Source of the DNA: a virus
IMG/VR virus record: IMGVR_UViG_3300005137_000002
Coordinates: 1 to 45,311 of that record
Reading direction: 5' to 3' (one strand)
Length of the DNA stretch: 45,311 nt
Each line of letters begins with the position of its first letter. Position 1 is the stretch's first letter. The notes beneath the pieces were generated by a model, which saw only the letters and a program-made list of their open reading frames with translations, was not told where the DNA came from and made no database searches. The position numbers and the translations under genes were made by a program. Of this stretch, positions 23,163 through 32,231 are shown in pieces.

Positions 23163-23884
23163 AGACGGAGAAAGTAAAGCTGGCTGATCTGAGGCATCCA
23201 GAAAAGAACGTCCGAATCCATACGGAAAAGCAGATTCAGGAAATGATCCGCAGCATTGAAATGTTCGGCCAGATCCGTCCCGTCGTGATTGATGAAAAGA
23301 ACGTTATTCTTGCAGGTAATGGGCTGGTCGAAGCCATGCGGAAAATGGGTCTCGCTGAGGCCGACGCGCTGAGAGTAACGGGACTGACGGAGACGCAAAA
23401 GAAAAAGCTGATGCTGGCCGACAACAAGATTTACAGTTTGGGTGTTGATGATCTGGATGTCATTTACGAGATGCTGAGAGAGTTTGAAGACGACTTTGAT
23501 GTCCCGGGATTCGATGAGGACCTGCTGCGGGATCTGCTGGCCGATGTTGACCATGTGGATGAAAAGATTCAGGAGTACGGAAAGCTGGCCGAAGAAGAAA
23601 TCGAGGAAATAAGGCTTGCAGCTGAGCGCAAGGAAGAACGGATCATGAGAGCACAGGCCGTCCAAGAGGATGAGCCGACGGATGACATTGACGAGGACGA
23701 CGACGGAGGCAATGAAGTCCCGGCCGCAGGCCGTGAACACGTCAGGGAATGGGACGATGACGATGAATCATACGAGGAAGACGAAGAAGGTGGCGAATAC
23801 ATCAGGGGTTCTGTGGAGATGGAACGGGTACAGCCGATGCGGTACATCGTCTGTCCGCATTGCGGCGAAAAGGTTTATTTGTAG
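23159..23884 (+). CDS. ParB-N-domain (ParB/Srx-like) protein with acidic tail and C-terminal zinc ribbon (pair 1)
   Basis: LADLRHPEKNVRIH...IRPVVIDEKNVILAGNGLVEAM. ATGA overlap with the upstream gene. The C-terminal third is strongly Asp/Glu-rich and ends in CPHCGEK. Confidence 0.75.
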   Translation: MKTEKVKLADLRHPEKNVRIHTEKQIQEMIRSIEMFGQIRPVVIDEKNVILAGNGLVEAMRKMGLAEADALRVTGLTETQKKKLMLADNKIYSLGVDDLDVIYEMLREFEDDFDVPGFDEDLLRDLLADVDHVDEKIQEYGKLAEEEIEEIRLAAERKEERIMRAQAVQEDEPTDDIDEDDDGGNEVPAAGREHVREWDDDDESYEEDEEGGEYIRGSVEMERVQPMRYIVCPHCGEKVYL

Positions 23885-23894
23885 GTGAAAAAGG

Positions 23895-25067
23895 ATGGCG
23901 ATTGCAAGGCGGAAATCGAACCTAAACGTCGTCGAGGCAGCCAAGATCCGGTTAAAGAACATATTTTCAAACAAGGTTCCCGTTTACTTTTCATTTTCTG
24001 GCGGCAAGGATTCGCTGGTGCTGGCACACTTGATTTATTCGCTCATCCAGAAGGGCGAGATTGATCCAAAGCTCTTGACGGTTCACTTTATCGACGAGGA
24101 AGCCATATTTCCATGCGTCGAACGGATCGTCAAGGACTGGCGACGCCGTTTCATGATGGTTGGCGCAAAATTCGTCTGGTTTTGCTTGGAGGTCAAGCAC
24201 TATAGCTGCCTGAACGAGTTGGAGAACGACGAGTCGTTCATCTGCTGGGATCGATACAAAAAGGACGTGTGGGTGCGTCCGATGCCGCCCTTTGCCGTCA
24301 GCAGTCATCCACTGTTAAGACCGCGCAAGGACACATATCAGGATTTCTTGCCAAGGATTGAGACAGACGGGATCACCATCGTTGGGGTCAGGACTGCGGA
24401 ATCTTTTCAGCGTCTTTCGTACTTTTCGCAGAACGGCGGAAAGATGACGACAAACCGGAAGATGTTTCCGATTTACGACTGGAAAAACGATGACGTGTGG
24501 CTTTATTTATACGAGAACAACATTGAAATTCCTGATGCTTATCTTTACATGTGGCAGACCGGGGCCAAAAAGTCCGAGCTACGGATTTCACAGTTTTTCT
24601 CCATCGACACCGTGCGGCATCTGGTAAACCTGAACGAATACTATCCGGACTTGATGAAACGAATCACGCGCAGGGAGCCAAATGCCTACCTGGTCGCCCT
24701 CTATTGGGACAGCGAGATGTTCAGGAGAAACTCCAAAAGACGCCGCGAAAATGAGGAAAAGCTGGCCGAAAGAAACGACCAGCAGCCAAAGGAAGAAGAA
24801 TCATATCGCAAGAAGTTGGCAAAGTTGCTGGCGGACATCGACGGAAATTTTGACACTGAGCATAAAAGGTGGATTGCAAAGCGTTACAGAGCGCAGCTTT
24901 TGAAGTACCATAACCTGCAATTCGATGAATCCAGATACAAGGAGTTGTATGAGGCTCTTGTTGCCGGAGACCCGAAGCGCAGGAGCTTGAGGGCGATTAT
25001 GCACAACGTAATCAGCGATCATATCTCATTCGCCAAAGGCGAAAAGGTGATGAAAGATGAGCGGTGA
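23895..25067 (+). CDS. PAPS-reductase-family PP-loop protein with long C-terminal extension (IbrA/DUF3440-like; pair 2)
   Basis: YFSFSGGKDSLVL PP-loop, YDWKNDDVWLYL. About 150-aa basic/helical C-terminal domain. Confidence 0.8.
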   Translation: MAIARRKSNLNVVEAAKIRLKNIFSNKVPVYFSFSGGKDSLVLAHLIYSLIQKGEIDPKLLTVHFIDEEAIFPCVERIVKDWRRRFMMVGAKFVWFCLEVKHYSCLNELENDESFICWDRYKKDVWVRPMPPFAVSSHPLLRPRKDTYQDFLPRIETDGITIVGVRTAESFQRLSYFSQNGGKMTTNRKMFPIYDWKNDDVWLYLYENNIEIPDAYLYMWQTGAKKSELRISQFFSIDTVRHLVNLNEYYPDLMKRITRREPNAYLVALYWDSEMFRRNSKRRRENEEKLAERNDQQPKEEESYRKKLAKLLADIDGNFDTEHKRWIAKRYRAQLLKYHNLQFDESRYKELYEALVAGDPKRRSLRAIMHNVISDHISFAKGEKVMKDER

Positions 25068-25581
25068 AAAAGACTTGTTTGCGCCGCTGAAGTCGTTGCA
25101 CTTTGTTGAGCGCGAAAAACTGAAACCGAATGACTACAACCCAAACGTGGTGCCGAAGGAAAACCTTGAATTGCTGATCCAGTCCATCCTTACCAATGGT
25201 TGGACATTGCCCATCGTCGTGCGGCCAGATTACACCATCATCGACGGATTTCACAGATGGACAGTATCAGGCATGGAGCCGTTGAAAACGAAACTTGGCG
25301 GTAAAGTCCCGGTGGTCATTGTTGATCACGAAGACGAAGCCAAGAACATCTACGGAACAGTGACGCACAACAGGGCAAGAGGCACGCACCTGTTGGAGCC
25401 GATGAAGGCCATTGTTAAGCGCCTCTTGAATTCTGGCAAGACAATCGACGAGATCAGCAAGCAGCTTGGCATGAAGAAGGAGGAAATCTTTCGATTGTCC
25501 GACTTCACCCGCGAGGAATTTTTGGCCATGATGGCGCAGGGAAAGGAGTACAGCAAGGCTGAAATCATTCGGCGAATTTAG
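25057..25581 (+). CDS. ParB-like protein (IbrB-like; pair 2)
   Basis: LKPNDYNPNVVP...IVVRPDYTIIDGFHRW. 11-nt overlap with the upstream gene. Confidence 0.75.
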   Translation: MSGEKDLFAPLKSLHFVEREKLKPNDYNPNVVPKENLELLIQSILTNGWTLPIVVRPDYTIIDGFHRWTVSGMEPLKTKLGGKVPVVIVDHEDEAKNIYGTVTHNRARGTHLLEPMKAIVKRLLNSGKTIDEISKQLGMKKEEIFRLSDFTREEFLAMMAQGKEYSKAEIIRRI

Positions 25582-25591
25582 GTGATAGTCC

Positions 25592-26110
25592 ATGAACAAA
25601 GGAGGCAGGCCGACAAAACTTACACGGGAACTTCAGGAAGAGATCTGCCGGGTCATAAGGGCCGGCAATTACATTGAGACGGCTGCCGCCTATGCCGGAA
25701 TCAACAAGTCAACCTTGTATGATTGGCTAAAGCGGGGCGCAAGAGAAAAAGAGAGGCTAAGGAACAATCCACGGGCAAAAGTGAGGAAATCCGAGCAGCC
25801 TTATGTGGAGTTTTCCAACGCAGTAGAAAAAGCGCTGGCTGATTCGGAAGTCCGGGACGTCATGATCATAGGGAAGGCGGCAGAGGAAAACTGGCAGGCG
25901 GCAGCATGGCGGCTTGAGCGGAAATTCAAGGAACGATGGGGACGTAGTACGGATTACAACCGCGAGGTTGAACGCCTGAACGCCATGATCGAGAAGACCA
26001 AAAAGGAGATCGAACTGCTTGAGGAACGCATAAAGGCGCTCAAAGGAGAGACCAAGGACACCACTCTGCTTGAAACATTGGTCAAGGTGGTGCAGGGTGA
26101 GCAGCAATGA
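25592..26110 (+). CDS. terS: Terminase small subunit
   Basis: N-terminal GGRPTKLTRELQEEICRVIRAGNYIETAAAYAGINKSTLYDWLKRG HTH. Directly precedes and overlaps the large subunit gene. Confidence 0.8.
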   Translation: MNKGGRPTKLTRELQEEICRVIRAGNYIETAAAYAGINKSTLYDWLKRGAREKERLRNNPRAKVRKSEQPYVEFSNAVEKALADSEVRDVMIIGKAAEENWQAAAWRLERKFKERWGRSTDYNREVERLNAMIEKTKKEIELLEERIKALKGETKDTTLLETLVKVVQGEQQ

Positions 26111-27387
26111 CCATCAAGTTTTCCAAAAAGCAGTTGGAGATCATTCGTGCGCCATTTGACCATACACTGGATGTCTTGGAAGGCACGCCGAGATCAGGCA
26201 AGACGACTGCCGCTGTGTTTCGATATGCCTATTATCTCACGATAACTGAGGACGAAAGCCACCTGATTGTCGCCTACAACCAAGAGCAGGCTTACCGGTT
26301 ATTCATCGAAAGCGACGGATTCGGTCTACGGCATATCTTCGGACCGTTATGTGAACTGAGGCATGATGAGAACGGGGCACACTTGGAAATCCACACACCA
26401 AAGGGAATAAAACGGGTGTACTACAAAGGCGGAGGAAAAGGCGACAGCCACAAGGCGATTACAGGTTTATCCTTGGGGTCTGTCGTTTTTTGTGAGATCA
26501 ACCTTTTGCACATGTCCATGATTCAAGAGTGTTTCCGGCGGACGTTTGCGGCAAAAATGCGCTATCACTTGGCCGACTTAAATCCGCCACCGCCTAACCA
26601 TCCGGTGATCAAAGAAGTCTTTGAGGTTCAAAAGACACGCTGGACGCATTGGACGATACATGACAATCCGATTATCACGGAGGAACGCAAGCGCGAAATC
26701 TACGAGACGTTGAAGAAGAATCAGTATTTGCTCCAGCGTGACTGGTATGGAAAGCGTGTGCTGCCGGAAGGCGTCATTTATTCCATGTTCGATTTTGAGA
26801 AGAACATTAAGCCCGAATTGCAGGGAGAGCCCGTTGAGATGTTTTTCGTGGCCGACGGCGGCCAATCTGATGCCACTTCATGCAGTTGCAACATCGTGAC
26901 CCGCAAGATGGTTGACGGGAGGTACAAATACTTTCTGAACCGCGTGGCGCATTACTACCATTCCGGTAAAGAAACGGGACAGGTCAAAGCCATGTCCATT
27001 TACGCAAGGGAGATTCAGGCGTTCATCCAGTGGTGCATTGAAAAGTACCGGATGCGCTACACTGAGATTTTCGTTGATCCGGCCTGTAAGTCTTTGCGTG
27101 AGGAATTGCACTTGCTTGGCCTGCATACGAGGCCTGCCGACACCAATTCCAGCGACGTCAAGGGAGCCTCAAAAGGGATTGAAGTCGGGATCGAGCGTGG
27201 CCAGAATCTCATCACGAACGAGCAATTCTTTCTGATCGAAACCGACAAGTATGACCACTATCATTTCCTGAAGGAGATCGGGATGTACGCGAGGGACGAA
27301 AAAGGAAAGCCAATCGACGACTTCAACCATGCGATGGACGAGTTTCGATATAGCGTTAATTACTTCTATCGGCGCTATGTCATATAG
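26107..27387 (+). CDS. terL: Terminase large subunit
   Basis: 426 aa. Walker A GTPRSGKTTA, with a C-terminal nuclease-like acidic motif region. The position is conserved. Confidence 0.9.
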   Translation: MTIKFSKKQLEIIRAPFDHTLDVLEGTPRSGKTTAAVFRYAYYLTITEDESHLIVAYNQEQAYRLFIESDGFGLRHIFGPLCELRHDENGAHLEIHTPKGIKRVYYKGGGKGDSHKAITGLSLGSVVFCEINLLHMSMIQECFRRTFAAKMRYHLADLNPPPPNHPVIKEVFEVQKTRWTHWTIHDNPIITEERKREIYETLKKNQYLLQRDWYGKRVLPEGVIYSMFDFEKNIKPELQGEPVEMFFVADGGQSDATSCSCNIVTRKMVDGRYKYFLNRVAHYYHSGKETGQVKAMSIYAREIQAFIQWCIEKYRMRYTEIFVDPACKSLREELHLLGLHTRPADTNSSDVKGASKGIEVGIERGQNLITNEQFFLIETDKYDHYHFLKEIGMYARDEKGKPIDDFNHAMDEFRYSVNYFYRRYVI

Positions 27388-27399
27388 GGCGGTGGTGCA

Positions 27400-28890
27400 A
27401 TGTTTAAGCGATTGACTGCACTCATAAGGCGGGTGATGTATCAAATGGGCATTATCAAAGGGCTCAAAAAACTTTCCGACCACAAGAACATCCCGATCAA
27501 TGAGGAAATGTACAAAAAGATTGCCGTGTGGCAGCATCTTTACAAGGGGTTCTATGACGAGATCCACACGGTTACTTATCACACCATCGAAGGCCGGAAA
27601 ACAAGGAAATTAGAGTCCCTGAAAATGGGCAAGGTAGCTGCGCAGGAAATGGCCAGCTTGATCTTTAACGAGAAGTGCAAAATCAGCATTGACGAGGAAG
27701 AACTGAAAGACTTTATTGACGAGATTTTCAAGCGCAACAGGTTTTATAAAAACTTCCAAGACTATCTGGAATATATGTTTGCCCTTGGCGGCATGGTCAT
27801 TAAGCCATACGTCAAGGGCAATCAAATTTTTCTGTCCTACGTGACGGCAGACTGCTTCATTCCGGTTGCATGGCAGAACGACGTCATCACAGAAGGCGTC
27901 TTTGTCAACCAGTTAACCAAGGGAAACAGCCGATACACTCACCTAGAATGGCACGTATGGGAACAAGGCGTCTATGTCGTCAGGAATGAACTGTATGAAG
28001 CCAAGAACGGGGACGAGCTTGGAATCAAAATTCCTCTGGCAACGTTATATCCTGACTTGGAAGAAGAAGTCAGGATCGAGAACCTGTCAAGGCCGCTGTT
28101 TGTTTACTTCAAGCCAAATATGGCGAACAACATCGACACGCAAAGCCCGTTGGGAATCAGCATTTTTGCTAATGCCACAGACACCATGAAGGCTATCGAC
28201 ATTGCCTTTGATTCGCTGATCCGCGAATTTAGGCTTGGCCGGAAGCGGATCATCGTCCCGTCCCACATGCTAAAAGCCGTCGTTGATCCGGAGACTGGGC
28301 AGATGTTCCGTTACTTCGACGCATCGGATGAGACATACGAGGCATTTAACTCCACTGGCGACAGCGACACCATCAAGGATATCAACGTCGAGTTGCGCGT
28401 CGAGGAACACATAAATGCGATCAATGCACTGCTTAACATCTTTGCCATGCAGACGGGCTTCAGCACCGGGACATTCACGTTTGACGGCAAGAGCATGAAG
28501 ACGGCCACGGAGGTCATTTCCGAGCAGTCGAAGACATTCAAGAACAAGAAAAGCCATGAGATTATCATTGAGGAAGGACTTCATGAGCTTGTCGAGATCA
28601 TCATCGACATTGCCCGGCTGTATGACCTTTACAATGGCCCCACGACATATGAATTGACGGTTGCCTTTGATGATTCCATCGTCGAGAACAAGGCGGCCGA
28701 GATTGACAAGCAGATCAAGCTTGTCAATGCCGAATTGACTTCCCGGAAGCGTGCAATCATGGAAATCCACGGCGTGACCGAGGAAGAGGCACTGCAAATC
28801 TTGGAGGAAATCAGGGCTGAAAACAGCAGAATGTCGCCTGAACTGGAAGAACTGCAAAGCCAGATCAGCTTCTTTGGACAAAGGGAGTGA
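27400..28890 (+). CDS. Portal protein (SPP1 gp6-like)
   Basis: 496 aa immediately after terL. Called from size and position; I recognise no specific motif. Confidence 0.85.
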   Translation: MFKRLTALIRRVMYQMGIIKGLKKLSDHKNIPINEEMYKKIAVWQHLYKGFYDEIHTVTYHTIEGRKTRKLESLKMGKVAAQEMASLIFNEKCKISIDEEELKDFIDEIFKRNRFYKNFQDYLEYMFALGGMVIKPYVKGNQIFLSYVTADCFIPVAWQNDVITEGVFVNQLTKGNSRYTHLEWHVWEQGVYVVRNELYEAKNGDELGIKIPLATLYPDLEEEVRIENLSRPLFVYFKPNMANNIDTQSPLGISIFANATDTMKAIDIAFDSLIREFRLGRKRIIVPSHMLKAVVDPETGQMFRYFDASDETYEAFNSTGDSDTIKDINVELRVEEHINAINALLNIFAMQTGFSTGTFTFDGKSMKTATEVISEQSKTFKNKKSHEIIIEEGLHELVEIIIDIARLYDLYNGPTTYELTVAFDDSIVENKAAEIDKQIKLVNAELTSRKRAIMEIHGVTEEEALQILEEIRAENSRMSPELEELQSQISFFGQRE

Positions 28891-28955
28891 TGGTGACAAG
28901 TCCATGATTCAGGCAATAGGTCCTCCATGATTACAAAGCGTAAGCTGGTGATGAG

Positions 28956-30086
28956 ATGCAACCGAAGCGACCGAAAATCACGCCTAGTCATCTTGAATTC
29001 TTCATCGAAGGCGTCATCGAGATTTACCGTTCCTTGGAGGATGAGTTGTTTGAAAGGATCGTAATGCGCCTGAAGACAAGCAAGGATGCCACGCAGGACA
29101 CCGTTCTTCAGTGGCAGATCGAAAAGATGCAGCAGTTACGAATGCTGAATGACGAAACGATAAAGGCGCTCTCCAAGGCAACGGGGAAGGCCAAAAAGGA
29201 GATCCGGAAAATCATCAGCCAAGTGGCTGATCTGACGATTGAAAGTGTCGATGATGAACTGAGCGGGATTTTTGAGCCAATTCCGAAGCCGAGCTTCCTT
29301 GATACCGTTTTGGCTGCCTATATTCAGCAGACATTCAGGGAGCTTGATAACTTTGTGAATCAGTCTTTGATCTCATCGACGTATGGCGAAGGAACAGTGG
29401 CGAGGATGTATCGACGAATCATCGAGGAAACGACGGCCAAAGTGCTTGCCGGGATGGAGACGGTAAACCGGGCAATGGCCGAAACCGTCATCCGGTGGGC
29501 AGAAAAGGGCATTGACTCGGGATTCGTTGATCGAGCAGGCAGGGTATGGTCGGTTGAATCCTATGCAACGACTATCATCAGAACGACGGTCAACCGAACC
29601 TACAACGAATTGAGGACGTCACGGATGCAGGATTACGGCGTCGATCTGGTGCTGGTGAGCAGCCTGCCAGATCCCAGGCCGGCGTGTTCGCGAATCCAAG
29701 GCAAGGTGGCGTCGTTAAGCTTCCCATCTAGCAATCCGAAGTATCCGTCCGTCTATGAGTTTGGCTACGGCATGCCTTGGGGGTTGCGCGGGGTAAACTG
29801 CCGCCACATGTTCTTCCCATACATTGAAGGATTGAGCGAGAACAACCAAATCCAATACGACATCAGGGAGGCGCAGGAGAGATACGAGTTATCGCAAAAG
29901 CAGCGATATTATGAGCGTCAAATCAGGAAGGCAAAACGTTCATTGAAACTGGCTGAGGCGGCCGGGGACGAGGAACTGATCCAGAAATACAAGCAACTTG
30001 TCAGGGCCCGGCAGGCAAAGATCCGCGAATTCATTGCTGAACACGACTTGCCGAGGCGCTACGACAAGGAAAGGGTCATCATGTGA
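28956..30086 (+). CDS. Minor capsid / head morphogenesis protein
   Basis: 376 aa after the portal. ...PACSRIQGKV...GLRGVNCRHMFFPY resembles phage minor-capsid-protein-2 / gp7-type proteins. Confidence 0.65.
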   Translation: MQPKRPKITPSHLEFFIEGVIEIYRSLEDELFERIVMRLKTSKDATQDTVLQWQIEKMQQLRMLNDETIKALSKATGKAKKEIRKIISQVADLTIESVDDELSGIFEPIPKPSFLDTVLAAYIQQTFRELDNFVNQSLISSTYGEGTVARMYRRIIEETTAKVLAGMETVNRAMAETVIRWAEKGIDSGFVDRAGRVWSVESYATTIIRTTVNRTYNELRTSRMQDYGVDLVLVSSLPDPRPACSRIQGKVASLSFPSSNPKYPSVYEFGYGMPWGLRGVNCRHMFFPYIEGLSENNQIQYDIREAQERYELSQKQRYYERQIRKAKRSLKLAEAAGDEELIQKYKQLVRARQAKIREFIAEHDLPRRYDKERVIM

Positions 30087-30183
30087 TGAACGCATGGTGG
30101 CCTGTTTTTTTGCCTGTCCGTTTATGCGTAGTGGACGTTAAATAAAACGCAAGGAATCAATCCAGAAATGGAGGGTCTTTCTC

Positions 30184-30909
30184 ATGTTCAAAATCAAGAA
30201 CTATCTTCCCATGAACCTGCAATTGTTCGCCGGAGACGGCGGAGATGGCAACCAACAGCCGGATAATGTTGGGGGCGACACGAATCAGCAGACAGATCCA
30301 GAGCAACAGCAACAGCAGCAGTCTCAACAGTCGCAACAACCGCAGAAACAGCAGCAACTGACTCAGCCTGAACAGCAGAAAGAAAAGCTGTTCACGCAGG
30401 AAGACGTCAACAACCTCATTGCACGGGAAACCAAGAAGGCTCAAGAGCGCTTACTGAAGCAATTGGGCATCGAGGACTTTAACAGTGCAAAGGAGGGGCT
30501 GCAAAAATTCAGGGAATGGCAAGAGTCTCAAAAGACGGAGGCCGAAAAGCAGGCTGAACGGTTGAAGACTCTTGAAACCGAAAAGACCGAGCTTTCTGCT
30601 GAGAACGAAAAGCTGAAGGCGCAGCTTTCGGCACTCAAGGCTGGTGTTAAGCCTGAGAGTGTCGAGGATGTCGTTGTCTTGGCGAAAAACTATGTCAACG
30701 AAGACACGGATATGGATCAAGCCATTCAGATGGTGCTTGAAAAGTATCCGCAATTTAAGGCGCAGCAGGACACGAAACCGGATGACCAGAAAGATCCGAA
30801 GCCTACTTTCACCACTGGCCAACACTCCAAAAAAGAGGAATCCGAGCTTGACAAGTGGATCAATGCATTCCGCTTCAAGGAGCAATACGGCAAGCAAAAC
30901 AACAAATAA
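30184..30909 (+). CDS. Scaffolding protein
   Basis: MNLQLFAG leader (alternative start at 30211), Gln-rich tract, long coiled coil. Immediately upstream of the major capsid gene. Confidence 0.7.
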   Translation: MFKIKNYLPMNLQLFAGDGGDGNQQPDNVGGDTNQQTDPEQQQQQQSQQSQQPQKQQQLTQPEQQKEKLFTQEDVNNLIARETKKAQERLLKQLGIEDFNSAKEGLQKFREWQESQKTEAEKQAERLKTLETEKTELSAENEKLKAQLSALKAGVKPESVEDVVVLAKNYVNEDTDMDQAIQMVLEKYPQFKAQQDTKPDDQKDPKPTFTTGQHSKKEESELDKWINAFRFKEQYGKQNNK

Positions 30910-30924
30910 GGAGGATGATCAACC

Positions 30925-31854
30925 ATGAATTATTTGCGGATGAATCTGCAACTGTTTGCTGGTCCCGTGAACTATGCGGCGCAATACCAACAAGCGCTGC
31001 AACAGGTTTTCAAGGCCGAACTTCGCTTTGAAGCCCTGTACAACACGCCGAACAATGGTCTGGTGCGTTGGGTAAACGCCAAGACCATTCAAGTGCCTAG
31101 CATTTCCGTGGGCGGCTTTGTGGATGTGAACCGGGACGCCATGACCAATTTTACGCGTCGGTTCGACAACAGTTGGGTTCCCTACACCTTGGAGCATGAC
31201 CGGGAATTTAGCACGCTGGTCGATCCGGCAGACGTGGACGAAACCAACATGGCCGTGACCATTGCAAACATCACCCGGGTGTTCAACACGGAGCAAAAGA
31301 TCCCGGAAATGGACAAATACATGGCGTCGAAACTTTATGCCGAATACACGAGCAAGGGCGGCGTCGTGGATGAGGAACCACTGAGCGAAGCCAACATCCT
31401 CCAAAAGTTTGATAAATTCATGGAGGAAATGGACGATGCTGAGGTTCCTCAAAATGGCCGTATCCTGTATGTCACGCCGAAAGTCAACACCATGCTGAAA
31501 AACGCAGATAAAATCCAACGCACGCTGGAATTGCGCGGCACCACCACGGTTGCAAACCGTCGAATCTACTCGCTGGATGACGTGGATATCGTTGTCGTAC
31601 CGTCCAGCCGGATGAAAACCTTGTACAACTTCACCGACGGGGCGGTACCAGATGCGGCAGCACGCCAAATCAACATGATCCTGATTCATCCTGAAGCCAT
31701 CTTTGCGCCGCAGAAATACGAGTTCGTGAGCTTGGATGAGCCAAGCGCACGGACTGGCGGCAAGTACCTGTACTACGAACGGAAATATTGGGACGTGTTC
31801 GTGATCGAGCAGAAGGTCCCGGGAATCAAAATGCATGTCGACCCCGCTTCCTAA
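30925..31854 (+). CDS. Major capsid protein
   Basis: 309 aa with an MNLQLFAG leader (alternative start at 30940). Position after the scaffold gene, followed by a terminator hairpin. Confidence 0.8.
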   Translation: MNYLRMNLQLFAGPVNYAAQYQQALQQVFKAELRFEALYNTPNNGLVRWVNAKTIQVPSISVGGFVDVNRDAMTNFTRRFDNSWVPYTLEHDREFSTLVDPADVDETNMAVTIANITRVFNTEQKIPEMDKYMASKLYAEYTSKGGVVDEEPLSEANILQKFDKFMEEMDDAEVPQNGRILYVTPKVNTMLKNADKIQRTLELRGTTTVANRRIYSLDDVDIVVVPSSRMKTLYNFTDGAVPDAAARQINMILIHPEAIFAPQKYEFVSLDEPSARTGGKYLYYERKYWDVFVIEQKVPGIKMHVDPAS

Positions 31855-31868
31855 TCAAGCGGGGTTTT
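31842..31868 (+). terminator. Terminator/attenuator after the major capsid gene
   Basis: ccccgctt-cctaatc-aagcgggg, then TTTT. The capsid stop codon lies in the loop. Confidence 0.65.
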
Positions 31869-31897
31869 CCCTTTTAGAACCGAAAAAGGAGTGATGG

Positions 31898-32206
31898 ATG
31901 ATGCCAAAACTCAAGAAGGCAAACCGGATCATTGAGGTCACTGATTCGCAAGTCGACGGTTATTTGAAACGCGGTTATGACTTGATTGATGACAATGGCC
32001 GGATTCTGAAACACGCCACAGGCGGCCGCACCGTGAGCTTGGCCGAGTACAACAAGGCTCTTGAGGAAATCGAGAGGCTGAAAGAGGAACTGAAAAAGGC
32101 CAAGAAGGGCGGCGGAGGCGGCCAGAAGGCAGCCAAAAACGACGACAATCAAAAGGCAGAACAAACCGACGAGCAAACGGCAGAACAAAACGGGGAGGAC
32201 AAGTGA
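31898..32206 (+). CDS. Hypothetical head-module protein
   Basis: 102 aa, AAAGGAG SD, coiled coil plus a Gly/Lys-rich tail. Confidence 0.55.
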   Translation: MMPKLKKANRIIEVTDSQVDGYLKRGYDLIDDNGRILKHATGGRTVSLAEYNKALEEIERLKEELKKAKKGGGGGQKAAKNDDNQKAEQTDEQTAEQNGEDK

Positions 32207-32231
32207 TCCATCCCCCCATTGGGGTGATCTC

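Noticed and set aside
30290-30370. CAG/CAA-rich microsatellite-like tract, and similarly (TAC)5 at 10459-10473
   Set aside because: Both are in-frame low-complexity coding: a poly-Gln linker in the scaffold and a poly-Thr linker in the initiator. Neither has features of a regulatory repeat beyond what is noted for the ori.
30211-30963. Shared MNLQLFAG at the N-termini of the scaffold and capsid proteins as a DNA repeat or recombination site
   Set aside because: The two DNA stretches differ at synonymous positions (atgaacctgcaattgttcgccgga versus atgaatctgcaactgtttgctggt). Conservation is at the peptide level, which is a common N-terminal leader in Firmicute phage head proteins, not a nucleotide repeat.
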